From positions 1,465 to 65,464 of the forward strand of contig JBQCCG010000274.1 in the NCBI GenBank assembly GCA_051962455.1: a DNA stretch of 64,000 nucleotides. The letters are read 5' to 3'. The notes under the pieces were generated by a model, which saw only the letters and a program-made list of their open reading frames with translations, was not told the DNA's origin and made no database searches. Each line of letters opens with the position of its first letter. The first letter of the stretch is position 1. This DNA comes from Sphingomicrobium sp. GTDB lineage: Bacteria; Pseudomonadota; Alphaproteobacteria; Sphingomonadales; Sphingomonadaceae. Positions 46,605 through 55,666 of this stretch are shown here, one piece after another. The position numbers and the translations under genes were made by a program.

Positions 46605-47957
46605 ATGAAAGTCTGTCATCGGCTCGCCGCCGGAGCCGCCGTCGCAGCCCTCGCCGTGACGGGCGCAGCGTCGGCTGACGCCAAGCCGCGCAAACATGCA
46701 ACGGTTCACAAAGCCGACCCGCGCGACGCCGAGATCAAGGCGCTCGAAGCCAAGGTCGACGCATTGACCCAGCGGCTCGATGCCCAGGAAGCTGCGCAGC
46801 AGTCGGCCGCTCAGCAGGCTCAGAGCGCTCAGGCAGCCGCGGCGGCGGCGCAAACGCAGGCCGCGACCGCGCTGACCCAAACCCAGGCGGCGCAGGCCCA
46901 GGTCGCGACCGTCGAGAACGAAGTGCCGCCGCTCGAAAAGGCGGTCCACAGCGGGTGGTTCGCCAACACGTCGATCAGCGGCAAGGGCTTTTTCAACGTC
47001 AGCAATATCAGCCACAAGCGCGACGGAGTCGATCAGACCGACAATGGGACCGAAGCCGAACTGAAGCGCTTCTATGTCAGCGTCGACCACAAGTTCAGCG
47101 ATGTCTTCTCGGCAGACATCACGACCGACTTCCGTTACGGAACGAACGGCACGACCAACGACGTGCTCATCTACCTCAAAAAGGCCTACTTCCAGGCGAA
47201 GCTGAACCCCGCCTTCACTGTCAGGGTGGGCTCGGCCGATCTGCCGTGGGTGCCGTTCGTCGAAGGGATCTACGGCTACCGCTTCATCGAAAATACGCTC
47301 ATCGACCGGACGAAGTTCGGAACCTCAGCCGACTGGGGCGTCCACGTGCTGGGCAGCTTTGCCAATAATCTCGTCAGCTACCAGGTCTCGGCGGTGAACG
47401 GCTCCGGCTACAAGACACTCGCGCGCAACTCGGACACGATCGATCTCGAAGGTCGCGTCAGCGTGAATCCGATCAAGCCGATCACCCTCGCCGTGGGCGG
47501 CTACAGCGGCAAGCTCGGCAAGAGCTCCGACAACAACGCGATCACCCATCGCGCGACGCGCTTCAATGCGCTTGCCGCCTACACCGACAAGCGCGTCCGC
47601 GCCGGCGTCGAATATTTCGCTGCGAAGAACTGGAACAACGTCAATACGGCGGGCACCGACAAATCGAACGGCTGGTCCGCGTTCGGATCATTCGCCTTTA
47701 CACCCCAGATTTCCGCTTTTGGCCGCTACGACTGGGTGAAACCGAACAGTGAGACCAACCCCAACCTGCACGACCATTATTACAATGTCGGCGTCGACTA
47801 TAAGCCGCTTCCGCCGCTTGACATTGCGCTCGTTTACAAGCGCGATCGGGCCAACAACGGCTTCCTCCCGACGTCGAACGGCACGATCGGCGGCATCAAC
47901 AATCTTACCAATGGCACCTACAGCGAGATCGGCATTTTCGGTCAGTTCGTCTTCTGA
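46605..47957 (+). CDS. Outer-membrane porin, probable phosphate-selective (OprO/OprP-like)
   Basis: Signal peptide, coiled-coil N-terminus (EIKALEAKVDALTQRL), amphipathic beta-strands, C-terminal Phe (GQFVF) and Pho context. The specificity call is inference. Confidence 0.75.
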   Translation: MKVCHRLAAGAAVAALAVTGAASADAKPRKHATVHKADPRDAEIKALEAKVDALTQRLDAQEAAQQSAAQQAQSAQAAAAAAQTQAATALTQTQAAQAQVATVENEVPPLEKAVHSGWFANTSISGKGFFNVSNISHKRDGVDQTDNGTEAELKRFYVSVDHKFSDVFSADITTDFRYGTNGTTNDVLIYLKKAYFQAKLNPAFTVRVGSADLPWVPFVEGIYGYRFIENTLIDRTKFGTSADWGVHVLGSFANNLVSYQVSAVNGSGYKTLARNSDTIDLEGRVSVNPIKPITLAVGGYSGKLGKSSDNNAITHRATRFNALAAYTDKRVRAGVEYFAAKNWNNVNTAGTDKSNGWSAFGSFAFTPQISAFGRYDWVKPNSETNPNLHDHYYNVGVDYKPLPPLDIALVYKRDRANNGFLPTSNGTIGGINNLTNGTYSEIGIFGQFVF

Positions 47958-47975
47958 TCTGTTCCAGCAAAGGCG

Positions 47976-48013
47976 AGTGCGCGCGACGGCAGGCGTCGCG
48001 CGCCCGCACTTTT
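47976..48013 (+). terminator. Terminator hairpin between the convergent porin and a hypothetical gene
   Basis: 10-bp stem GCGCGCGACG-GCAGG-CGTCGCGCGC, outer AGTGC/GCACT, then TTTT. Confidence 0.65.
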
Positions 48014-48341
48014 ATTGAGCGTAGGTATAGATCACCTTGGTGACGGCGTAGGTCGTCGGGTCGACCTCATAGAGGTAGCCGTTGTCATAGACGTACCGGT
48101 CTGTCGAACCGAGCTTGTAATAGGTCACCACCGGCTGCGGGATGTCGGTCAGCGTCGTGTAGGTATAGTTCGGCCCGAACACGTAGCCGACCTTGTACGG
48201 CGGCGTGCCCTTGACCCGGTGCATCGACAGGCAAACGCCATTGTCCCACTTGGTGCAGACGTAAGTTTTGGCGTTTGCAGGAGCAGTCGAAGCGACCAAT
48301 GCAGCACCGGAGAGTGCGAGAAGAAGCACTTTCATTTTCAT
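48012..48341 (-). CDS. Small secreted Tyr/Thr-rich hypothetical protein
   Basis: Signal peptide, Cys pair (CTKWDNGVC), RYVYDNGYLYEVDP and a GGAG RBS. Confidence 0.7.
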   Translation of the reverse strand: MKMKVLLLALSGAALVASTAPANAKTYVCTKWDNGVCLSMHRVKGTPPYKVGYVFGPNYTYTTLTDIPQPVVTYYKLGSTDRYVYDNGYLYEVDPTTYAVTKVIYTYAQ

Positions 48342-48437
48342 TCTCCCTCGTCAAATTTCCCGCGCCCCGCCGCGCCTGTCAACGGCAATCAAATCACGAG
48401 TTTCCCAGCGTTTCGGCAACAATACGAATGGCTTGTT

Positions 48438-48842
48438 CTATTTTCGGAGCAGCTGCGTAAGCGCTTCTTCGACGGCGCCGAGGGTGTAGGGCTTCTGAAG
48501 GCGCGGGCGGTCCCGCCATTTCTCAGGCATGTTCCAGTCGGCATAGCCGCTGGTCAGGATGAAGGGGACGCCCCTGGCCGCGAGCGCCTCGCAGAGGGGA
48601 AAGACCCGCTCTCCGCGGATGTGGACGTCCATTAGCGCCGCGTCGAGGTCTTCGCTTTCGATCATCTCGCGGGCCGCGGCCATGTTCGGCGCGGGCCCGA
48701 CAACCTCGCAACCAAGCTCGTGGAGAAGGTCGGCCGTGAACGGCCCGACCACGGGCGAATCCTCGACGATCAGAATCCGGCGGCCGGCAAGCTGGACCGC
48801 GGCCTTGGAGCTGGTCTTAGTGGACGAACCTCGCGACGACAT
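48438..48842 (-). CDS. Single-domain response regulator (FATGUY-like); start uncertain
   Basis: RILIVEDS, AALMDVH, PFILTSGY (resembles the PFxFATGY motif) and LQKP. Confidence 0.82.
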   Translation of the reverse strand: MSSRGSSTKTSSKAAVQLAGRRILIVEDSPVVGPFTADLLHELGCEVVGPAPNMAAAREMIESEDLDAALMDVHIRGERVFPLCEALAARGVPFILTSGYADWNMPEKWRDRPRLQKPYTLGAVEEALTQLLRK

Positions 48843-49620
48843 CGCGATAGGAACGCGAGACCTTCACCTGCGCTCCCGAGTCCAGCACGAGAAAGCACTC
48901 GCCGTTGGTGTGCGGCTTCACCTGTCGCACCAGGTCGAGGTTGACGATGGTCGAGCGGTGGACGCGCTGGAATCGTCGCGGATCGAGCCTTTTTTCGAGG
49001 TCCTTCATCGTCTCGCGGAGGATCAGGGTGTTGTCGCCCGTCTGAATGCACATGTAATCGCCGGCGGCGTCGATCCGCTCGATCGTGTCGACATCGACGC
49101 GGAAGATCTGCCCCTGGTCCTTGATGTTGATCATCTTCTCGTAGCGGTTGGCGGCGTGCGCGTCGGGCGTGGCCTCGGCCAGTTCCTCGGCAGCCTCGGG
49201 CGCATGTTCGGCGAGCGCTTCCTTGAGCCGCTCGGATTCCTCCGCGCTGCGCTTTTCGTTGAGCCGCTGGCGAACCCGGTCCATGGTGGCGGCAAGGCGG
49301 TCTTCGTCGACCGGCTTCATCAGATAGTCGACTGCCTGGGCATCGAATGCCCGCAGCGCATGCTCGCCGTAGGCCGTGACGAACACGAACAATGGCGGCT
49401 CGACGTCCATCAGCCCCTGAATGACCGAGAAGCCATCGAAGCCCGGCATCTGGATATCGAGGAAAACGAGATCCGGCTTGTTCGTCTTGATCTGGCGAAT
49501 CGCCTCGCGGCCGTTCGCCGCGGTTGCAACCACATCTACGTCATCGAAGGCTTGCAACCTCAGCTGCAGACCCTGCGTCGCAAGGGGCTCGTCGTCGACC
49601 AATATGGTCCGGATGGTCAT
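48817..49620 (-). CDS. LytTR family response regulator
   Basis: ILVDDEPLA, VFLDIQMPG, FVTAY, AVDYLMKP, AAGDYM and FQRVHRSTIVN. Confidence 0.93.
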   Translation of the reverse strand: MTIRTILVDDEPLATQGLQLRLQAFDDVDVVATAANGREAIRQIKTNKPDLVFLDIQMPGFDGFSVIQGLMDVEPPLFVFVTAYGEHALRAFDAQAVDYLMKPVDEDRLAATMDRVRQRLNEKRSAEESERLKEALAEHAPEAAEELAEATPDAHAANRYEKMINIKDQGQIFRVDVDTIERIDAAGDYMCIQTGDNTLILRETMKDLEKRLDPRRFQRVHRSTIVNLDLVRQVKPHTNGECFLVLDSGAQVKVSRSYRDVVARFVH

Positions 49621-50789
49621 CAGGCCTTGTCTCCGGTCTCGTAGGGAATGTCGATGATAACGCTAAAGCCCCCTCGGTCGTTCTTTCTGGTCTAGAAACG
49701 ATGTGCGGCGCCATAGGCCTGCGACAGTCTGTCGCGGATGTTCGCCAGTCCGACTCCGGTCGACGGGCTCGCGGCGACTTCGGCGCCGTCGTCGTTTCCA
49801 TTGTCGGCCACTTCGATTCTGACCGCCTGCCCTTCACGGCTCGCGGTGATCCAGATATCCGCCCCGTTCTCGGCTGGTGTCACCGCATATTTGATCGCAT
49901 TCTCGATCAGCGGCTGGAGCAGCAGCGACGGCAGCCTCGCGCCGATGGTTTCCGGTTCGATTCGGAAGTGCGGCCTCAAGCGGTCCTCGAACCGCATTTT
50001 CTCGATTTCCAGGTACAGCTTTAGAGTCTCGACTTCTTGGGCGAGCGTTACCTTGCCCGCGGGCTCATTAACCAGCGTGTAACGCAGGAATGAGGAAAGC
50101 CGCGCCAGCATCGCGTTCGCCCGCTCGGTCTGCTTCAGAAGCACGAGCGTCGAGATCGAGTTCAGCGTGTTGAACAGGAAATGCGGGTTGAGCTGATAGC
50201 GCAGCATCGCGAGTTGCGCGCTCGACGCCTGGCTCTCCAGTTTTTCGTGCGCCCGGATCTGGTCTTCTAAAAGAAGGAAGTAATTGATCCCGTAATAGAG
50301 CGCGGTCCACGCCGTGAGCAGCGCGAAATCGAGCAGAATCGCGCCGAGATACTGAACTCCTTCGGGCCGGAATTCCGGCTTCAGGAACGTCGCGACGCTC
50401 CACGTTTCGATGATCGAGAAGGTGCCGGCCGCAATGAGCACGGTCGCGAGCGACAGGACCAGCGTCCAGATCGGCTTCATCCTGATGATCCGCCGATAGA
50501 GCGAAGCCATCAGCAGCGTCAGCGAATAGCCTGTCGCGGTCAGCAGCACCGTGTGGACTAGGAACATCCAACCCATACTGTTTGCGAAACCGGAGATCGC
50601 GCGGAGGAAGAAGTAGCCGCTCCAGCCGATCGACTGGAGGATCCAGAATGCGCGGTTCTTGTCGTCGAAGAACGGACGGTCGAGCCCCATGCCGCGCGCA
50701 AATGGCTCCGCCGGCGACTTGATCTTCTTGTCGGACGAGCGCCTTTGCGGGGCCGCCTGTCGCTCCAGGGTCGCACTATCCGTCGCCAT
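49620..50789 (-). pseudogene. LytS-type sensor histidine kinase with an in-frame TAG at 49692-49694, 23 sense codons before the natural stop
   Basis: LRYQLNPHFLFNTLNSI, LQPLIENAIKY and GVGLANIRDRL. The frame continues RF*TRKNDRGGFSVIIDIPYETGDKA to a TGA at 49620-49622 that overlaps the LytTR ATG. Confidence 0.8.
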
Positions 50790-50922
50790 GGCGCCGGATA
50801 TAGAGGGGCTCTCCGACCAATGCGAGCGCGGGCCTTCAACGTCGCGCTTTGGCTCGCTGGCGAGACCAGACGTAACCAGCGTTAATAATTCGAGGTAAAG
50901 TTGCGGCTGGAAGTGGCACTTC

Positions 50923-50938
50923 TTAACCGGGCCTCAAC
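50923..50938 (+). promoter_or_regulatory. Possible CtrA-like site upstream of the GGDEF/EAL gene
   Basis: TTAA-CCGGGCC-TCAAC has one mismatch to TTAA-N7-TTAAC. Confidence 0.3.
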
Positions 50939-50981
50939 TCTCTTTGCATAAGCCGCTGTCCACACCTTTGGCGGCGCGCGG

Positions 50982-53318
50982 ATGTATCAAGCACCTGATC
51001 GTTATAAGCGTTTGGTTTCGGCCCGGCTTCCGGGCGGGGAGTCGGCTGGTCTCGCGGCCGGCGAGGACGATTCCGAGAACTCGCCGCTGCGCGATGTTCA
51101 ACTCATTTCACGCGCCCAGCTTGCCCCCTTCTTCGCCGCCGCGAACCTCACCGCCGCGCTGATCATGCTGGTCGACCTCTGGGGCGCCGTGCCTTCCGCC
51201 TGGCTGCTGCCGTGGGCTGGAGCCGTCGCCGCGGTGAACCTCGTGGCGATGCACATTGCGCGCACCCAGTCGATCACCTGCGTCGGCCGATCCGGCCACC
51301 GGGTTCCCTACTGGCAGCTGGTCGGGGATGTCGCCCTCCGCGCCGTCACCTTCATCAGTCTTCCACTCTACCTCTTCCCGAGATTCGATCCGGGCACCCA
51401 GGCGATCGCCGCGTCCGTCATGGCGGGGCTCGGCGTCGCGGGGCTCGGGCTGGTGGTCATCCCGCAATGCGCCATCACCTGGATGATCGGCTTCACTTGC
51501 GGAGTTGGCGGAGCGCTGGTCCTCGCGAGACACGCAGTCCCGTTTCAGCACATGCTCTCGATTCTCTTCACCCTCGGCGTGGCGATTATCGGCGTGATGA
51601 CGGTCGCGCGCTGGGCGTTCCATCAGCTCAAGACCAATGCCGACGTCGGCAGCCAGAGCGAGAGCGCGAGCCTGCTGCTGCAGGAATATGAGCACCGCGG
51701 CGTCGGCTGGCTCTGGTCGGTCGATGGGGACAATCGCGTAACCTACATCAGCACCCGAATGAGCACGATGCTCGGAAAACCCGGCAGCCAGCTGCTCGGC
51801 CACTCGCTTCCGGCTCTTCTCGGCGGCCACGCCGAGCTCGGTCGCGTCCTGCTCGAACAGCAGTCATTCACCGCCCTGGAGATGGAACTGGCCACGCCGC
51901 GCGGCGTGCGTTGGATTTCGATGACGGGAGATCCGATCATCGACACCGCCGGACGCTTCGAGGGATTCCGGGGCGTGGGCTCGGACATCACCGAGGTCCG
52001 CCAGACCCAGGAGCGGCTGACGCACCTCGCCAATGTCGACGTTCTTTCGGGGCTGCCCAACCGCGGTCGGGTGCGGCAGCTCCTCGGCGAGGCACTGCGC
52101 GGCGCAACGGGTGGCAATGTCCCGTGCGCGATCATGTTCCTCGACCTCGATGGTTTCAAACCGGTCAACGACACCTTTGGTCACCCCAAGGGCGACGCCG
52201 TGCTTCGAGCCGTTGCGAAGCGGCTGGTCGACGAAGTCGCAAACGAAGGGACCGTCGGCCGAATGGGCGGCGACGAATTCGCGATCGTCATCAATGACGC
52301 GCAGAGCCGCCGTAAGATCGAAGGGCTCGCCGAGCGCATCATCCAGTCGATCAGAGAGCCGTACATGATCGATCAGACAGAGATCCGAATCGGCGTATCG
52401 CTCGGTTGCGCATTCGGCCCGATCGACGGCGCCACTGTCGACGATCTGATCCTCAAGGCCGACCTTGCGCTCTATGAAGCGAAGGACGCGGGTCGCGGCT
52501 GCGCGCGCTACTTCTCGTCGGAGCTGCAGTCCGAACAAGAGGATCGGGTGCGGCTTGAATCGGACCTCCGCTCGGCGATCGCGGCGAAGCAATTCCACCT
52601 CCTCTATCAGCCGCTGATCAGCGCCAAGACGCAGAAGCTCGTCGGCTTCGAGGCCCTGATCCGCTGGAATCATCCGCAGCGTGGGCTGGTGCCCCCTGGA
52701 GTCTTCATTCCCGTCGCAGAGGAAGCCGGGCTCATGCCGGCGATCGGCGAATGGGTGATCGACGAAGCCTGTCGGGCCGCAGCGACCTGGCCGGAGCCGA
52801 TCACTGTCGCGCTCAACGTCAGCCCGAAGCAGATCATTCAGCCGAATCTGCCGAACCTCGTCAGCGAGGCGATCGCCCGTCACAAGGTGCCCGGCAACCG
52901 AATCGAGCTGGAGGTGACCGAGGGTGTGTTCCTCGGTGACAACGGCACTACGCTCGACGCTCTGAAGCGGTTGCGCGCGCTTGGAGTCGGCATCGCGCTC
53001 GACGATTTCGGCACCGGCTATTCGTCGATCGGCTATTTGAACAAGGCCGTGTTCCACAAATTGAAGATCGACGGCAGCTTCGTCCGCGAGGCTGGCTCAC
53101 GACCCGAGAATGTCGCGATCATCCAGTCGATCGTTCAGCTCGCCAAGAGCTTCCGCATGAACGTCACCGCGGAAGGCGTGGAGACCGCCGAGGACTTCGA
53201 GCGCATGCGCGATCTCGGCTGCGACACGATTCAGGGTTATCTCTTCGGAAAGCCGCTCCCCTACGACCGGGCGAATCAAATGGTCATGGGTCTCAGCGCC
53301 AAGCGCATGGCCGGCTAG
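50982..53318 (+). CDS. Membrane-bound PAS-GGDEF-EAL diguanylate cyclase/phosphodiesterase
   Basis: N-terminal TMs, PAS-like segment, DLDGFKPVND, GRMGGDEF, YQP, FEAL, LDDFGTGYSS, KIDGSF and EGVET. Confidence 0.93.
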   Translation: MYQAPDRYKRLVSARLPGGESAGLAAGEDDSENSPLRDVQLISRAQLAPFFAAANLTAALIMLVDLWGAVPSAWLLPWAGAVAAVNLVAMHIARTQSITCVGRSGHRVPYWQLVGDVALRAVTFISLPLYLFPRFDPGTQAIAASVMAGLGVAGLGLVVIPQCAITWMIGFTCGVGGALVLARHAVPFQHMLSILFTLGVAIIGVMTVARWAFHQLKTNADVGSQSESASLLLQEYEHRGVGWLWSVDGDNRVTYISTRMSTMLGKPGSQLLGHSLPALLGGHAELGRVLLEQQSFTALEMELATPRGVRWISMTGDPIIDTAGRFEGFRGVGSDITEVRQTQERLTHLANVDVLSGLPNRGRVRQLLGEALRGATGGNVPCAIMFLDLDGFKPVNDTFGHPKGDAVLRAVAKRLVDEVANEGTVGRMGGDEFAIVINDAQSRRKIEGLAERIIQSIREPYMIDQTEIRIGVSLGCAFGPIDGATVDDLILKADLALYEAKDAGRGCARYFSSELQSEQEDRVRLESDLRSAIAAKQFHLLYQPLISAKTQKLVGFEALIRWNHPQRGLVPPGVFIPVAEEAGLMPAIGEWVIDEACRAAATWPEPITVALNVSPKQIIQPNLPNLVSEAIARHKVPGNRIELEVTEGVFLGDNGTTLDALKRLRALGVGIALDDFGTGYSSIGYLNKAVFHKLKIDGSFVREAGSRPENVAIIQSIVQLAKSFRMNVTAEGVETAEDFERMRDLGCDTIQGYLFGKPLPYDRANQMVMGLSAKRMAG

Positions 53319-53431
53319 GGACTCGACCAGCCGTCGATTTTTCAAGACTTTGCATTGGCTTGGGTTAAGTTACAATCTCAGCCTTTCGAGCGGGGGATGG
53401 ACTTCTGCAGCAGCTGATCACTCCGCAGAGC

Positions 53432-55051
53432 TTGTTTAAATACCAGAGCGGTCGAGTGATCGCCCTCGGCCGGGTGATGCTCGCGACCTTGTTCCTGCTG
53501 GCCATCTGGTTCGACAGCAGCGAACAAGTGTCGTCATTCGCCGGCACCTACCTGCTACTCATCCTGTACGCGCTGCTGGCGATCGTCATCGCCGTTGCCA
53601 CTTGGCGCAATTGGTGGCTCGATGCGCGTCTCGCAGTAGTCACGCACGGCATCGACATGGCGGTCTTCACGGCGATCGTCTTTTCGACCAATGGATCGAC
53701 GAGCCCGTTCTTCCTGTTCTTCGTCCTCCCGCTGCTGTCCGCTGCAATTCGCTGGAGCTGGCGCGAGACCGCGCTCACGGCTGCCGCGCTCGTCCTGCTC
53801 TACTTCACCGCGGGCCTGCTCGTCGCAGGCACTCAATCGTTCGAGCTCGAGCGGTTCATTGTCCGCAGCGGACACCTGATGATCTTGTCGCTTCTGCTCA
53901 TCTGGTTTGGAATCAACCAGTCCTCGACTCGCCTCGCACTTCGCGTCGATGATTTCGACAAGGGAGGTGTGGAAAAGGAGAACCCGCTTCGTCGAGCCCT
54001 TCAACTTGCCATCGATGCTACGCACGCGAAGGCGGGGGCGCTGATGGTTGGTCCCGTGGGCGAAGATCCGTACGATGGCTACAGCATCATTGACTCTGCG
54101 CCGCGCAGCTTCACTGTCGATCGGGCACTTGTGCATGACGCAAGCCCCTCCGTCTTCCTCTACGACATGGCCAGAGATCGCGCGATCACGCGGGTTCCGG
54201 AAGGGCGCTTCCAGTTCGAGAGCGCCTATGACCTCGTCGATCCGGACGAGGCGCATCGGCTTGGGCTCACATCCGGACTGATCACCGAAGTGAAGACGGA
54301 GACCCAGCATGGATGGCTGGTGCTTTGGGACGTGCCGGAGATGTCGGCTGATTTCATCGATCTTGCGCGCGAGCTCGGACAATCCGCCGGCGCAATCCTA
54401 GATCGACATTTGCTGCTGAACGCGATCGAGAGCGGCGCGGCGGCGCGAACCCGCCTGTCGCTTGCGCGCGACGTGCACGACAGTGTCGTGCAATTTCTGG
54501 CCGGCGCTTCGTTCCGGATCGAAGCGTTGAAGCGCTCGGCTCGCTCAGGTGTCGCAATCTCGGCAGAACTCGACGAACTGAAGCGGCTAATGCTGGAGGA
54601 ACAGGGTGAGATCCGCGGCTTCGTGATGGCGCTTCGGCGCGATCACGACGTCGATCATGCAGAAGCGGTCGCAGAGCTTCGGGCGCTTGCGGAACGGCTG
54701 AGCCAGCAATGGTCGGTCGATTGCCGGATCAATGCAAATGGCGCGCGCGCGTCGATTCCGATCCGACTCCAGCTGGACCTTCAGCAACTGCTTCGTGAGG
54801 CAGTGGCGAACGCCGTACGCCACGGGGGCGCGAAGCGCATCGATGTGGGTTTGTCGGTCCGCGGCAATCGGCTTCAGCTCAGCGTCGCGGACAACGGCTC
54901 TGGCTTTCCCAAGGGAAAAGGCGAGGCGGTGCCGCAGCCGTGGTCCCTGAAAGAGCGTGTCGAACGCGCCAACGGTTCAATGCGGTTGGTTTCTGCGCCT
55001 GGATCGACCAATATCCTCATCAGTCTGCCACTCGCCGGAGCCGCCGCATGA
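53432..55051 (+). CDS. Membrane sensor histidine kinase, HisKA_3 (NarX/UhpB-like)
   Basis: Multiple TMs, ARDVHDSVVQ, REAVANAVRHG and VADNGSGF. Confidence 0.88.
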   Translation: MFKYQSGRVIALGRVMLATLFLLAIWFDSSEQVSSFAGTYLLLILYALLAIVIAVATWRNWWLDARLAVVTHGIDMAVFTAIVFSTNGSTSPFFLFFVLPLLSAAIRWSWRETALTAAALVLLYFTAGLLVAGTQSFELERFIVRSGHLMILSLLLIWFGINQSSTRLALRVDDFDKGGVEKENPLRRALQLAIDATHAKAGALMVGPVGEDPYDGYSIIDSAPRSFTVDRALVHDASPSVFLYDMARDRAITRVPEGRFQFESAYDLVDPDEAHRLGLTSGLITEVKTETQHGWLVLWDVPEMSADFIDLARELGQSAGAILDRHLLLNAIESGAAARTRLSLARDVHDSVVQFLAGASFRIEALKRSARSGVAISAELDELKRLMLEEQGEIRGFVMALRRDHDVDHAEAVAELRALAERLSQQWSVDCRINANGARASIPIRLQLDLQQLLREAVANAVRHGGAKRIDVGLSVRGNRLQLSVADNGSGFPKGKGEAVPQPWSLKERVERANGSMRLVSAPGSTNILISLPLAGAAA

Positions 55052-55665
55052 CCCGAGTATTGCTCGTCGACGACCACCCGATGATTGGCGCCGCGCTTGA
55101 GATGCTGCTGCGCGATTCGGACTATGAGCTTCTCGGGCGGGCCCGCACCGCAGCCGAGGCCACAAAGCAAATCGCCGCGCTCAAGCCCGACTTGCTGCTG
55201 CTTGACGTGCACTTGCCCGATGGCTCCGGACTCGACGTGCTACGGCGTTTGAAGAATGGCCGTTCGCGCCCGAAGGTAATCCTGCTGACCGCCGGCATGG
55301 ACGAAGCTCAGCTGCTTAGCGCAGCAGAGCTCATGCCGCAGGGGATGATTCTGAAAACCTCCGATCCGGCTCTGCTCACCGGCTGCATGGACGCGGTTGT
55401 CGCTGGCGACCGTTGGGTTGACCCCGAGATCGCAGAGCGTACCCGCCATGCGGAGGATCGGGCGGCGTCGGCTCCCCCGCTGACCCGGCGCGAACGCGAG
55501 CTGATCGACCTCGTTCGGCAGGGGCTCAGGAACCGTGATATTGCGGCTGAGCTCGGGGTGACGGAGGGGACCGTAAAGGTCTATCTCCACGCGATCTTCG
55601 ACAAGCTTCACGTGGAGAATCGGACCGAGCTTGCGCTCAAGGCCGCCGAGCTGATCCGTCGATAA
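55048..55665 (+). CDS. NarL/LuxR family response regulator
   Basis: VLLVDDHP, LLLLDVHLP, LTRRERELI and RNRDIAAELGVTEGTVKVYL. ATGA overlap with the kinase. Confidence 0.93.
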   Translation: MTRVLLVDDHPMIGAALEMLLRDSDYELLGRARTAAEATKQIAALKPDLLLLDVHLPDGSGLDVLRRLKNGRSRPKVILLTAGMDEAQLLSAAELMPQGMILKTSDPALLTGCMDAVVAGDRWVDPEIAERTRHAEDRAASAPPLTRRERELIDLVRQGLRNRDIAAELGVTEGTVKVYLHAIFDKLHVENRTELALKAAELIRR

Positions 55666-55666
55666 C

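Noticed and set aside
45282-47090. 602-aa minus-strand ORF and other long overlapping ORFs (e.g. 12513..13733, 25188..26375, 51864..53057, 61981..63144)
   Set aside because: They are off-frame or antisense to well-supported genes, which is typical of codon bias at high GC.
9201-49694. Stop-codon reassignment or programmed read-through as the explanation for the three internal stops
   Set aside because: The three stops are different codons, and the same codons end many normal genes in the window. No SECIS-like or read-through context was recognised.
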